A stretch of DNA of 64,000 bases from an uncultured Gammaproteobacteria bacterium (GCA_964552565.1 CAZKGL010000001.1:371061-435060), one strand, 5' to 3'; shown: positions 33,202 through 43,295, numbered from the stretch's first letter. Notes: generated by a model not told the origin, from the sequence alone. Numbers and translations are program-made.

Positions 33202-34761
33202 TCACGGGCACTCGAGCGGGCTCTGGTAGACGAGCTCCACCAGGTCGCCGGTGTACGGGACGTCCTCCGAGAACACGACGGCGTGGAGCTCATCGCGCCA
33301 CTGCCAGCCGGTCGTCCGGAGCATGCCGTTCACATAGACGCGGAGCGTCGGGAGGTCGAGGTCGCCGAGCACCGGGAACGTGCTGCGATGGATCTCGCTC
33401 GCCGCGACGGTGTCGACCTCCTCGCTCCACGCGCTCATGAGGTCGAGCGGGGTCCCGTGGGTCGCCGCAGCCGCGTCGAGGTACGTCCCCGCGTAGTCGA
33501 GGTTGACGACCGGCGAGACCTTCACGAGATAGCTCGCGTCTTGGTGCCAGACCATCGTCTCGAGCGACGTGCGCCAATCTTCTGGCGCGACGCCGTCGCC
33601 GTCGTTCGTCTCGTCGCTGAGCGGGATGACGTGGAACAGCGCGTCCGTGCGCGGGAACCCCTCGTTGCACTGCCCGCCGCCGCTCTGCTCGACGACCTTG
33701 GCGGCGAGGTAGATGAGCGACTCGGTAAGCCTGTAGCCGCCGTCCTCTTCGCTGCCCGCTTGCACGGCGGTGGTGAAGGCCGTCGGGAAGTCCGGCGTCG
33801 ACGCATCCATGATGCCGCCGACGAGGCAGCCCGTGTCGCCGGTCACGACGCCGATGCGCCAGTCATCCGTCACGGCGCCGAGCGCGGTGGCGAACGCCGC
33901 AGCCTGTTGCCCGAGCAAATCCTGTACCGGATTCATGGAGTCCGACTGGTCGACGGCGAACAGGATGTCGATCTTGCCGGCCGACGGCACGGTGTAGGGG
34001 TCGGTGTTGCCGCCCGGATTCCCGGCGCTGCCGACCTGCGCGGCCGTCACGGTCCCGCGCGGGTCGTTGCTCGTGACGACGAGCGAGCCGCTCGCACTTC
34101 CGGCGACCGTGGGGCTGAACACCATCTGGACCAGCGCGTCTTCGCCGGGCCGGATGACGAGCGGGAACGGCGGCCGCGTGGCGAGGTCGAACTCGCCGTA
34201 CGTGCTGTCGCTCACGATCTCCGTGATCTCGAGGTCGTCGTTGCCGACGTTCGTGAGGATGAACTCGTCCTCGCGCGGCGGGCAGCCGACGGTCGTCGCG
34301 CCGAAGTCGAGCGGGTCGGGCGTAATGACGAGCTCGGGCATGAGGCCCTCGCCGATGAGCGTGACGAAGGACTCGCCCTCGTCTCTATCGTCGCTCGACA
34401 CCACGACCTGGCCGTGTTCGACCTCCGGATCCGCCGCCGTGAAGCTCACGATGAAGTCGAGCGACTCCATGTGCCGGAGCGCGGTCGCTCCCGGCGCCTC
34501 GACGATGGCGAACCCCGCGTCGCCGCCGAACGGCATGCTGATCGCGGTGACGTTGAGCTCCGAACCTTCGGTCCCGACGTTCGTCACCGTCACCGGGATG
34601 GCGACGGTTTCGCCGGCGGAGAGCGAACCGAAGTCGATCTCCTCGCGCGACACCTCGATTTCCGCCTCGTCGATGCGCCCGATGTGGTCGTCCTTCGTAT
34701 TCAGATTCTGGTCGCTTTTGCAGCCGGGCAGGAGCCAGGCCGCGAGGAAAAGAGCAGTCAT
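33202..34761 (-). CDS. Lipoprotein with beta-sandwich repeats and a vWA domain (paralog of the 29877-31445 gene)
   Basis: Lipobox LLPGC and a DQSDSMN MIDAS motif, with the same architecture as the paralog. The track ORF is extended upstream. Confidence 0.65.
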   Translation of the reverse strand: MTALFLAAWLLPGCKSDQNLNTKDDHIGRIDEAEIEVSREEIDFGSLSAGETVAIPVTVTNVGTEGSELNVTAISMPFGGDAGFAIVEAPGATALRHMESLDFIVSFTAADPEVEHGQVVVSSDDRDEGESFVTLIGEGLMPELVITPDPLDFGATTVGCPPREDEFILTNVGNDDLEITEIVSDSTYGEFDLATRPPFPLVIRPGEDALVQMVFSPTVAGSASGSLVVTSNDPRGTVTAAQVGSAGNPGGNTDPYTVPSAGKIDILFAVDQSDSMNPVQDLLGQQAAAFATALGAVTDDWRIGVVTGDTGCLVGGIMDASTPDFPTAFTTAVQAGSEEDGGYRLTESLIYLAAKVVEQSGGGQCNEGFPRTDALFHVIPLSDETNDGDGVAPEDWRTSLETMVWHQDASYLVKVSPVVNLDYAGTYLDAAAATHGTPLDLMSAWSEEVDTVAASEIHRSTFPVLGDLDLPTLRVYVNGMLRTTGWQWRDELHAVVFSEDVPYTGDLVELVYQSPLECP

Positions 34762-34935
34762 GTCCCCCCGCGATGCCGCCCGATGAGGTTCGGCGGGCAT
34801 CGTCAAGAGCGCATCACGACGAGCAAGCGGGGTCAACCACAACCGGGGCTGCGCCGCCAAGATTGCGGCAGTTTTCCTGTTGAGGTTGTGTGCCGCGCTT
34901 GCACGATGCCGGGCGTCGGCGCGCAATACCGTCAT

Positions 34936-35388
34936 ATGCAGATCCCCGCCGAATTCCGCATCCTTGCGCCGACGCTCGTCGTCGCCGCAAACCGGCTCCA
35001 CGCACGGTTTTTCCTTGTTGACGACAACCGACTCGACGAGCGTGCGCCCATGGACGCCGCGGGTTTCCCCCTCGACGACAAGGAGAAATATTCCATTGAG
35101 GTCTATGACGGCATCCATGCCGGCGGGGATGATGAGCGGATCCTCGACCGGGCCGGCGATGCGCTATTTCGCGACCTCGCCGCACGTCTTCACGCACTCC
35201 TTCAACAAGGTGCGTTCGCACGATGCATCATCATCATCGCAAACGAAAACCGGAGCATGCTGCTCCGGCATCTCACGCCCGATGTTGCGGAGCGCGTCGT
35301 CGACGTCATCGGCAAGGAAATGGTGCGCATGCACCCGATAGATATCGTCCGCGCCGCGTTCGCCCCCGTTGCAGCGACGACGGAATAA
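34936..35388 (+). CDS. Host-attachment-protein / baeRF-like hypothetical protein
   Basis: 150-aa ORF hidden in the tail of a long spurious track ORF. The LVVAANRLHARFF pattern is recalled as resembling host-attachment proteins. The start is uncertain (34906 or 34936). Confidence 0.4.
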   Translation: MQIPAEFRILAPTLVVAANRLHARFFLVDDNRLDERAPMDAAGFPLDDKEKYSIEVYDGIHAGGDDERILDRAGDALFRDLAARLHALLQQGAFARCIIIIANENRSMLLRHLTPDVAERVVDVIGKEMVRMHPIDIVRAAFAPVAATTE

Positions 35389-35859
35389 TTACGCAGGGTT
35401 GCCCGGCCGGTTGTAGCGTCCCATCAGTTCGGCGCGCGCAAGCACGTGCCCCTGCATCGCGTCTTCGACCTCGCGCTTCGTCGCGCCTTCGGCAAGGTCG
35501 AGCGTCGTATCGAGCGCGTAGAGTGTGAAAAAGTAGCGGTGCTCGCGGTCGGGCGGGCAAGGGCCGCCGTAGCCGAGGTTGCCGCGCGTGTTCTTCCCCG
35601 CCGTGCCTTCGGGGCTCTTCCCTTCCCCGACTTCGGCAGTCGTCGGCGGGATATTGAACACGACCCAGTGGTCCCAAACGCTGACCGGCGCGCTCGGCGG
35701 GACGTCCGGATCGTCCATGATGAGCGCGAGGCTCTTCGCGCCGGGCGGGACGTCGGCGATGGAAAGCGGCGGGCTGATGTTTTCGCCGTCGCACGTGTAC
35801 GTCCCAGGGATCGCTCCCCCGTGGGTGAACGCAGAACTCCTAAGTTGCAACATATGCAT
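35389..35859 (-). CDS. YbhB/YbcL-family PEBP (Raf-kinase-inhibitor-like) protein
   Basis: Contains DDPDVPP...WDHWVVFNIP and the GYGGPCPP motif. Confidence 0.8.
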   Translation of the reverse strand: MHMLQLRSSAFTHGGAIPGTYTCDGENISPPLSIADVPPGAKSLALIMDDPDVPPSAPVSVWDHWVVFNIPPTTAEVGEGKSPEGTAGKNTRGNLGYGGPCPPDREHRYFFTLYALDTTLDLAEGATKREVEDAMQGHVLARAELMGRYNRPGNPA

Positions 35860-35940
35860 TCTGTGTACGCCAAATGTCGGTGCGGATCAACCACAAGGAG
35901 CATGACGGGCTAGACGGGAGCGCGAAAAACTGCTATCCTG

Positions 35941-36414
35941 TTGCGTTCTATGGCACGACACGTCCCACGACCCGCACCGTACGCATGCCGCGTGAAACGA
36001 GGCGCCTCAGGCCTCGGTCTTTTTGCCGACGAATCGATTCCGCGCGGCAAGTTTGTCATCGAGTACTGGGGCAAGGTCGTCAGTGAGGACGAGGGCAACC
36101 GCATCGGCGGCAAGTATCTCTTCGACCTCGAGAACGGCAAGATGATCGTCGGCACGACGCGCAAAAACGTCGCGCGGTACATCAACCACTCGTGCAAACC
36201 GAACTGTGAAATCGAATACCGTGGCAACCGCGTCTATATCTATTCGCGCAAGGCAATCAAGCCCGGCGACGAGCTGACGTACGACTACGGCAAGGAGTAC
36301 TTCGACTGGTTCATCAAGCCGCACGGCTGCCGCTGCGGTGCGTGTCGCGCTACGACGCGGACGCGAGCAGCATCAGGAGCGCCGCGGCGAGCGCGAGGTT
36401 CTTCTCGAAATTGA
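35941..36414 (+). CDS. SET-domain protein (putative protein-lysine methyltransferase)
   Basis: SET signatures GLGLFA, NHSCKPNC and ELTYDY, plus a post-SET CxCxxxxC. Confidence 0.8.
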   Translation: MRSMARHVPRPAPYACRVKRGASGLGLFADESIPRGKFVIEYWGKVVSEDEGNRIGGKYLFDLENGKMIVGTTRKNVARYINHSCKPNCEIEYRGNRVYIYSRKAIKPGDELTYDYGKEYFDWFIKPHGCRCGACRATTRTRAASGAPRRARGSSRN

Positions 36415-36730
36415 TCCGGTCGCCCATGCGCGCCGCCGGGTCTTTTTCTTTCCAGAACGTGTGCACGAACACTGCGGCGCCGACCAAGAACATGACCAGG
36501 AGCGCGTAGGTGATCGCGATCTGCCACTGGAACAGGACGCCGATGCCGCCGATGACGAGCATTGCGCCCGTCACCGCGACCGAAAGCTTCGGTGCGGGAA
36601 GTTTCTTAAATGTCGCGTAGCCGACCGTCCCCGGGAACTGCGTGAAGTGCTTGACGCCGGAAACGATGAAGTAGATGCCCAGCACGATCTGCCCGATGAG
36701 GAAAAGCGTTTCCATATGCATGGTGTTCAT
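36350..36730 (-). CDS. DoxX-family membrane protein
   Basis: 126 aa with 4 TM helices; C-terminus NFEKNLALAAALLML. Convergent with the SET gene, overlapping it by ~65 nt. Confidence 0.75.
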   Translation of the reverse strand: MNTMHMETLFLIGQIVLGIYFIVSGVKHFTQFPGTVGYATFKKLPAPKLSVAVTGAMLVIGGIGVLFQWQIAITYALLVMFLVGAAVFVHTFWKEKDPAARMGDRINFEKNLALAAALLMLLASAS

Positions 36731-36743
36731 GATGAATGATTGA

Positions 36744-37826
36744 TCACTCGATGGGTTCAGTGACCAGCGTGAATGGTACCACGCCGAGCACCTGGCCGCG
36801 TTCGGTTTCGACGCTCACCCGCCACTTGCCCGCCGTCAGCGACGTCTTGAACGAGTAGCCGCGGAAGCCTTCGTCGCGTCCGCCGCTGATGCCGAAGGAA
36901 AGCCGGTCACGCACGTCCCACGCGCCGTCCGCCTCGTCGTAGTACTGCCACTCGTGGTAGATGCGGGTCGTGAGGTCGGCAGGCGCGAAGATCGCCGTAT
37001 AGACATAGATGCGGTTGCTTTCCGCGAGTGACAAGGTCTGCCCGGGCAGAAGCCGGTCCAGCCAAGACTCGTCTTCGCCTTCCCGCACGTATTCGCCGCC
37101 GTCCGTGCCGACACGATAGTACGCGCCGGCGTCGCGTAGCGACAGCGGGATGGGCGGGATGACGTTCGCGAAGTACAAGGCGGTCATCGCGACGAACACC
37201 GTCACGCTCGCCGCGGACATCTTCGTGCGGTCGTTGCGCACGATGGGCGTCATCTTTGCGACAAGGGCAATAAAGCAGAACATCGCGACGAGGCTTGCGG
37301 CGCCTGCGCTGAGGAACGTCCATACGCTGAGCGAGTTGAAGAGGAACGGGAACAAGAGCGTCGTAAACGAAAAGACGATGTACGCGTAGACGCCGACCTG
37401 CACGACCGGCCGCAGGAAGAACTTGCGGAACAGCTCGTTGGACGCCATGAGCGCGGCGAGCATGCCGAGCACCGGCCAGCTGACCGACGCCGCGCCGCTG
37501 AACCAATAGAACACCAGCGCGTTGCTGAGGAGCGCGCCGAACGTGAACTGGATGACCGGTTGCACCGCGACGCGCAGATAGCCGAGCACCTTGCCCTTCA
37601 CCGCCCATTCGCGACCGTCGTAGACGTGGCTGTACACCAGGCACGCGCCGGCGATGACGAGGTACGCGGCCTGGAGCGTGAACGTGGTCTCGATCGAGAG
37701 CGTGCGGAACGTGATCGCGTCAAATACCGTGCCAAGCAAAAGCATGGTCGGCATGAACGCCGCCTCATATTTTTCGTAAAACGCCTTCGCCCGGTCGTAC
37801 CCTTTGACGATGTGCCGCCGGATCAT
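36744..37826 (-). CDS. Polytopic membrane protein with a C-terminal DUF2914-like domain
   Basis: 360 aa with ~8 TM helices and a soluble C-terminal domain. The family is recalled from memory. Confidence 0.5.
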   Translation of the reverse strand: MIRRHIVKGYDRAKAFYEKYEAAFMPTMLLLGTVFDAITFRTLSIETTFTLQAAYLVIAGACLVYSHVYDGREWAVKGKVLGYLRVAVQPVIQFTFGALLSNALVFYWFSGAASVSWPVLGMLAALMASNELFRKFFLRPVVQVGVYAYIVFSFTTLLFPFLFNSLSVWTFLSAGAASLVAMFCFIALVAKMTPIVRNDRTKMSAASVTVFVAMTALYFANVIPPIPLSLRDAGAYYRVGTDGGEYVREGEDESWLDRLLPGQTLSLAESNRIYVYTAIFAPADLTTRIYHEWQYYDEADGAWDVRDRLSFGISGGRDEGFRGYSFKTSLTAGKWRVSVETERGQVLGVVPFTLVTEPIE

Positions 37827-37842
37827 GCGGGAAGTATACCAC

Positions 37843-38274
37843 CTAGTCGGTAAGGATCGTCGTGGAAGTCAGTTGTTCGGCGATCGCGGCGAGGTCGGCC
37901 TCGGCGACAGCGTTGCCGCGGAGGTCGAGGGTCTGCAGCCTCGTCAGGTTGCCGAGCTCGAGCGGCAGGCCCGTAAGGTCGTTATCGGAAAGATCGAGCA
38001 TGCGAAGGTCGGCAAGCCGGCCGATTTCCGCCGGGAGGCCGGTCAACCCGTTGCCGCTCGCATCGAACACGCGGAGGCTCGTGAGTCGTCCGATCTCCGC
38101 GGGGATCGCGGTGATGTCGTTATTCGAAACATCCAGCATTTCAAGTTCACGCCGCGTAAACGTGGATGCGGGGATCTCGTCTAACCCGCGTCCGCTCACA
38201 TCCAGCGCCGTCGTTTGCGTACAGCCTGCGCCGAGGATGCATACGACGGACAAAAGTATGGCTCGCCACGTCAT
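37843..38274 (-). CDS. Leucine-rich-repeat lipoprotein
   Basis: LxxLxLxxNxL repeats with a lipobox LGAGC. The internal ATG was chosen as the start. Confidence 0.6.
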   Translation of the reverse strand: MTWRAILLSVVCILGAGCTQTTALDVSGRGLDEIPASTFTRRELEMLDVSNNDITAIPAEIGRLTSLRVFDASGNGLTGLPAEIGRLADLRMLDLSDNDLTGLPLELGNLTRLQTLDLRGNAVAEADLAAIAEQLTSTTILTD

Positions 38275-38569
38275 ACGAGCGCTCCGCCACCCGCCCTGCG
38301 TCGTGCATGTCAGCATAGAGGGAAGACGTTCGTTACTGTCTGCGGGCCATGATACCATGCAGCCATATGGAACGATCACTCGAACACGACCCGTCAATGG
38401 CAATGTCCGAACTCCATAGCGTCCTCGGCCGGTTACAGGCGGAAGGCGCCATGGACGAGGAAGGTCCGTTCATCCAGCATCTCATGGAACAGGTCCAGCG
38501 TGGGAAGTTGGCGCCGCAGGAAGCGTTGCAGAAGCTCCAGCAGAAGATGCAGTCGCGCGGCGACTACCA

Positions 38570-40612
38570 CTAGGGCGCCTCGCCTATCGTGACACGCCAG
38601 ACTTCGGCCGCGGTCATGTACAGCGCGTAGAGCGTCCCGTCGGCGTAGACAAACCGCGCGGAAACGTACGCGCCGCGAGCGAGCGGAATACTCCCGAGCC
38701 GCGCGCCTTCCCGGTCGAGGATATACAGCGTTTCTTGACCTTGCCGGTCAATGCCCGCTGTGAGCAGGAGCCCGCGGTCGTTGTCGACCGCCGCGACGAC
38801 GTCGCCGGCAGGAAGCGCGCCTTCCCGGTCGAGCGTCACCGCATCGTAGACGGCGTCCCCGATGAACACGACGTCGTGCGCGTTATCGACGACCAGCGCG
38901 TACGGAAACTCTTTCGCGACCGAGGAAACGGCAATGGTGTCGAGCAGCGCGAAGCCGTTCATCCCGTCGTACACCGACAGCGTCTTTGCCGATGCCGAGT
39001 ACACAAACAGGCGCGCAAGGGGTTCGTACACGCCGACGAGCAATTTTCCTGCGCCGGAAAGGTCGCCGTAGTCGACGCCGGCCGCGTCCGCCAGGTCGAG
39101 CCGGACGACGGTCGTTTCGTCGCGGACATCAAACCCGACGACGCGGTTCTGTTCAGGGATCGCCGCGTACAGGATGCCCCGCGTCGCGTCGTATGCGGCG
39201 TCGCCAATCGCGTCGGACTCCCCTTCGGGAATACCGAGGTGATACGTTTCCACAACCCTGTTTGTATCCGGATCGATCGCGCTCACGGTCGCGCTCAGGA
39301 AGTCGAACGTGAACGCGCGGTCGATGGCGGCGTCGTACGCCATGCCGACCGGCCATGCGGCGTCACCAAGGTCGATGTCCGCAGCCGTACCGCGCGTGGG
39401 GTCGAGATGGACAACGGTATTGCCGCCGAGCCGTCGCGCAAGGAGCAGCGTGCCGTCCGCCGTCGCGACGCCATGCTCGACCGATGCGCCAACGACCACG
39501 GTCTCGTGTTCGCCGTCCGCAAGCGCGATGCGCGTAAACGAGTTCCCATCGTTGTTCACGACATACAGCGCGTCGTCAGTCATCTGCATCGCCGCATGCT
39601 TGAACGGCAGTTGCACCTCGTCGCGCACCTCGTATGTCTCCCGGTCAATAATCGTCACGCCGCCCAAAAACCCGCCGACCGTCCCGTCGTCGAACCCGTT
39701 CGACGTCAACACGGCGGCATGTTCCCCGCGCACCTCGACGCTGCGGGCGTCGGGGACGACCGCAATCCGCGCGAGTTCGCGTCCGGTGGTAACGTCGTAT
39801 ACCACGACGTCGTCCGAGGTTGCGCTGAGGACCCAGAGTTCTTGCGTCGCCGCATCGTACGCCGCGCCAAGAAGGTCGCCTGCGACGTTTGGCACGGTAC
39901 CGACCGTCGATGCGCGCCATGCGGCGTCGTATTGCTCGACGGCGAGGGACTTCGGCCCGTCCTGCACGATGGCAAAGAACTCGCCCTCCTCCGTGATAAC
40001 CGGGAGGTAGCGGTCGAGCGCAAGGCTGGCGACGAGCGGAAACGTGACAAGATGCGCGCTCCGCACCTCGACGCCTTCCTTCGTCGGCACAAAGACCCTG
40101 CTATGCACCGGGTCGAACGCCACGTTGTCGCGAAGGATGCCGGGGAAACGGTGCGTGGCCATCGCGCCCCCCGATTTCGGGTCGATCTGTACAATGCCGT
40201 CATCGGTCGCAAGAAGCAGCCGCCCGCCCCCGCAAAGGAGATTCGGGATCTCATAGCTGCCGGCGGGCAAACCCGAGTCGATGTAGCGGACAATGCCCGC
40301 ATCGTCGAACACGGCGATGTCCGTCGTCATGATGCCCGCCGCGTACCCCTGCTCGAGTGATTCGTCGTAACAGACATCATGGACCTTCAGCACGTTGCCT
40401 TCCGGGAACCCAAGAAGCTCGCCGACCGCGAACATCCCGGAAAGCGCCGGCGCGATCGGTGTCGTTGGAGCGTCGGGACCCGCCTCGTACCGGTCGTCGG
40501 CCTCGAACGAGGGGAGGAGCGCGGTGGTGTCGATGGGCGCGCTGTCTTCAAAAAGGCTGCAACCGGGAAGGACGAGCAGCGCGACGAGTGCCGCGGTGAT
40601 ACGCATAGTCAT
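38570..40612 (-). CDS. Secreted beta-propeller repeat lipoprotein
   Basis: 680 aa with lipobox LPGC and many ~40-aa repeats with Y/D patterns. Confidence 0.55.
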   Translation of the reverse strand: MTMRITAALVALLVLPGCSLFEDSAPIDTTALLPSFEADDRYEAGPDAPTTPIAPALSGMFAVGELLGFPEGNVLKVHDVCYDESLEQGYAAGIMTTDIAVFDDAGIVRYIDSGLPAGSYEIPNLLCGGGRLLLATDDGIVQIDPKSGGAMATHRFPGILRDNVAFDPVHSRVFVPTKEGVEVRSAHLVTFPLVASLALDRYLPVITEEGEFFAIVQDGPKSLAVEQYDAAWRASTVGTVPNVAGDLLGAAYDAATQELWVLSATSDDVVVYDVTTGRELARIAVVPDARSVEVRGEHAAVLTSNGFDDGTVGGFLGGVTIIDRETYEVRDEVQLPFKHAAMQMTDDALYVVNNDGNSFTRIALADGEHETVVVGASVEHGVATADGTLLLARRLGGNTVVHLDPTRGTAADIDLGDAAWPVGMAYDAAIDRAFTFDFLSATVSAIDPDTNRVVETYHLGIPEGESDAIGDAAYDATRGILYAAIPEQNRVVGFDVRDETTVVRLDLADAAGVDYGDLSGAGKLLVGVYEPLARLFVYSASAKTLSVYDGMNGFALLDTIAVSSVAKEFPYALVVDNAHDVVFIGDAVYDAVTLDREGALPAGDVVAAVDNDRGLLLTAGIDRQGQETLYILDREGARLGSIPLARGAYVSARFVYADGTLYALYMTAAEVWRVTIGEAP

Positions 40613-40638
40613 AACGTCTGGCTATTTCGGATTCATCA

Positions 40639-41391
40639 TTACTCAGAATGCTGCTCTTGCAGCACTGCCCAGTTGTCCTGATCCTCCTGGGCTTCGAAGT
40701 AGGGCCCCTCTCCCTGATAAGTGCACGGATCCCGATCGCGCTCTTCCTTGCTGATGTATAACATCTCTCGTGAGGAAATCCCATACTGCTGGTACTCTGC
40801 GAACACCTCGTCCGTCATGTGGTCGAAGAGGAAATCGAGGTCGGCAAAGGGCCCCGTCCAGTTGTCGATCCGTTTCGGCGGCAGTCCGAGCTTCCCGTAC
40901 ACGAGGTCGAACGTGCGGCCGTACGGCGTGTCGTCAACCGCCGCGTAACCGAGCACCTCCCCGGCGAGGACCCGGCTCCCCACCGTGAGGTCCTCGCGGG
41001 GGTGAATGTGCTGGACGCTGAAGTTCCAGAGGCCGAGCGGCAGGAACGTCCGCACCGGCGAAAGCCATATCTCCCCCTCAAGCCCCTGTTCGGGCTCGTC
41101 GCGGAGAATCGACACATACCCGTCGTACGGCGCGTAGATCGCGACCGTATTCGCCTTCCCGTATTCCGCCTTGACGTCGACATACGCCTTCATGCTGCGC
41201 GCGCCTTCCCGTTCATCCTGCGGGACGGTGACGTGGCCGACGCAGCTGCGGTACTTCGAAATACGCTCGATTTGCTCGAGGTCCATGACGTTGGCGACAA
41301 GGAGCGGCGGCGGCGCAGTCAGGACACGGATGACGTAGGCGACGAAGAGCAGCACAACCGCCCCAACGCATAACAGCATTTTCTTGAGCAT
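40639..41391 (-). CDS. Hypothetical membrane-anchored protein
   Basis: 250 aa with an N-terminal TM segment. No family match. Confidence 0.45.
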   Translation of the reverse strand: MLKKMLLCVGAVVLLFVAYVIRVLTAPPPLLVANVMDLEQIERISKYRSCVGHVTVPQDEREGARSMKAYVDVKAEYGKANTVAIYAPYDGYVSILRDEPEQGLEGEIWLSPVRTFLPLGLWNFSVQHIHPREDLTVGSRVLAGEVLGYAAVDDTPYGRTFDLVYGKLGLPPKRIDNWTGPFADLDFLFDHMTDEVFAEYQQYGISSREMLYISKEERDRDPCTYQGEGPYFEAQEDQDNWAVLQEQHSE

Positions 41392-41403
41392 AGGATCGCG
41401 TCG

Positions 41404-41760
41404 CTATTTTTCCTTTCGCAAAATGCTGTCCATCGGCTTCCCCTTTGCCAGCTCGTCGATAAGTTTATCGAGATATCGAAGTTCGCGCATGGTCTTTTCC
41501 TTGATGTCTTCCACACGAACGCCGCAGACGATACCGGTAATCCGCTTTCGCTTGGGATTCGGTCGTGGTGCCTCCGCATAAAACGTTTCAAAGTCCGTTT
41601 CTTTCCTGAGCTGCGTCTCCAGTCCCTTCTGCGTATAGCCCGTGAGCCAGCGGATAATTTCATCGACCTCCGTTTTCGTACGTCCCTTTGCCACCGCTTT
41701 CTTCACATAAAGCGGGTAGACGCTGGCGAAGCTCACCCTGTAGATCCGATGCATGGTCAT
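41404..41760 (-). CDS. DUF2200-family protein
   Basis: [40 protein letters not shown]...[16 protein letters not shown] matches the remembered DUF2200 consensus. Confidence 0.55.
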   Translation of the reverse strand: MTMHRIYRVSFASVYPLYVKKAVAKGRTKTEVDEIIRWLTGYTQKGLETQLRKETDFETFYAEAPRPNPKRKRITGIVCGVRVEDIKEKTMRELRYLDKLIDELAKGKPMDSILRKEK

Positions 41761-41831
41761 ATCTTCTTGCACTATAAAGGAAAGCACGAACCTTTTACAG
41801 CTCGTGTTTCCTGCCGCGATTGAGTTGCGTG

Positions 41832-42287
41832 TTACCGACTGAGCTCCTCGGCCAGTCCGATGATGATGCCTTCGGGGCCGCGCAGGAAGCAGAGCCGATA
41901 GATGTCCTCGTATTGCGCAATCTCGCCGACGAGTTCTGCGCCGTGGCCGCGCAGGCGTGCGACGACGTCGTCGATGTCGCCGACGGTGAACATGATGCGG
42001 CGGATGCCCAGCGTGTTCGCGGGTGCGTTTTCTGGCTCGGCTTTCACCGCCGGCGGCCGGTGGAACTTCGTCAGCTCAACCCTGCCGTGGCCATCCGGGG
42101 TCCGCATCAAGGCGATGTCGGCGCGGACGCCGCGCAGCCCGACGACGCTGTCCACCCAAGGCCCCTCGACCGTCGTCTCGCCCTCCAGCTCCATACCGAG
42201 TTCGGCGAAGAACGCTTTCGCCTTCTCGATGTCTTCGACAACGATCAGCACATTGTCCATCCGTAGCGATGTATTTTTTGTAGTCAT
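41832..42287 (-). CDS. VOC/glyoxalase-family protein
   Basis: 151 aa with paired beta-alpha-beta-beta-beta modules ([12 protein letters not shown]..., [10 protein letters not shown]). Confidence 0.75.
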   Translation of the reverse strand: MTTKNTSLRMDNVLIVVEDIEKAKAFFAELGMELEGETTVEGPWVDSVVGLRGVRADIALMRTPDGHGRVELTKFHRPPAVKAEPENAPANTLGIRRIMFTVGDIDDVVARLRGHGAELVGEIAQYEDIYRLCFLRGPEGIIIGLAEELSR

Positions 42288-42332
42288 ATGCTTAGGGGAC
42301 GACGTGAGAGCTGCCGTGCAAAAATACGACGG

Positions 42333-42557
42333 CTACATCAGCCGTTTCAGTGAGAACTCGACGCGGAAAACCTCAGTATAAATATCAAGATCATATACCG
42401 CACCGCACCGTGCACATGTCACACGCTCTTTCGTTTGCATTGTTGTACGGATGTGGTGTTCGTCCATGAGGTTACGAATGGCCTGTGGCAGGTCCTCCCT
42501 GTACAGATCGCCGTCGTATTGTTCGGGAATGTGTTGGCAGTTTTCGCACAACTTCAT
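42333..42557 (-). CDS. Small zinc-ribbon protein
   Basis: 74 aa with CENC...CARC. Low GC. Confidence 0.4.
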   Translation of the reverse strand: MKLCENCQHIPEQYDGDLYREDLPQAIRNLMDEHHIRTTMQTKERVTCARCGAVYDLDIYTEVFRVEFSLKRLM

Positions 42558-42707
42558 ACTTATTCTGATGCCCTATTGAGCGTGCCCATACGAGATCTAG
42601 TTTACCAGCCGAGGCCCCTTACGGGTAGTCGTCAAACAACAAAACCCCAGCGTTTCCGCTGAGGAATTGTTGGCTCGGCGGCACGGTCTCGAACTCACTT
42701 TACGACA

Positions 42708-43295
42708 ATGATTGAGGGGTCTTTCAAGGGGGTCAAACAGGCACCCGGGTCTCATCAAAGTGAGACAAATGGGACGATACGTCAGGGGGTCACCACAAAC
42801 GAAAATAGCGGAAATAAAGGGGTTTTAATAAATTCCAATATGCGAACAGAAGACGAACAAAGTAGGACGCTCACAGACGAAGAGATCGGGGACTTTGTGA
42901 GGTTCTTCGAGTTGCTTGCTCAAGTCGATAGACGACTTAAGGGATGGAAAGAGCGTCTCAAGATTGAACCGGAAGGATTCCCGATTAACAATGGGATTTA
43001 CGATTGCAACCTGTGTTGCCGATCTATGAAGGATTACGAGGGTTGGTACGACCAGTACGGATTGAAATGTCCGTTATGCCGAAAGGCGGTCAATGACGGC
43101 ATCGTGCCGGGATCGGCAGTCCTCGATGATACGACGTGGTTTTCGGTGAGTCAGTTGTTGACGAAATACGGATGGCATCATACGACCGTACACAAAAAAG
43201 CGCGGAGCGGAGAGCTGAAGGCGAGAATCGTCAAAAACGTCGATGGCAGGCCATACTTCTACGTGTTCTTGAAGGAGGAGAATCCCGGCATTTAA
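42708..43295 (+). CDS. Hypothetical protein with a CxxC...CPxC ribbon and a C-terminal excisionase/MerR-like HTH
   Basis: The C-terminus WFSVSQLLTKYGWHHTTVHKKARSGELKARIVK resembles Xis-family HTH_17. The start is uncertain. Confidence 0.4.
   Translation: MIEGSFKGVKQAPGSHQSETNGTIRQGVTTNENSGNKGVLINSNMRTEDEQSRTLTDEEIGDFVRFFELLAQVDRRLKGWKERLKIEPEGFPINNGIYDCNLCCRSMKDYEGWYDQYGLKCPLCRKAVNDGIVPGSAVLDDTTWFSVSQLLTKYGWHHTTVHKKARSGELKARIVKNVDGRPYFYVFLKEENPGI

Noticed and set aside
42558-42707. Possible degenerate tRNA-like stretch (ggtctcgaactcac) at the left island edge
   Set aside because: It is only a loose resemblance to a T-arm; no acceptor or anticodon structure can be built.
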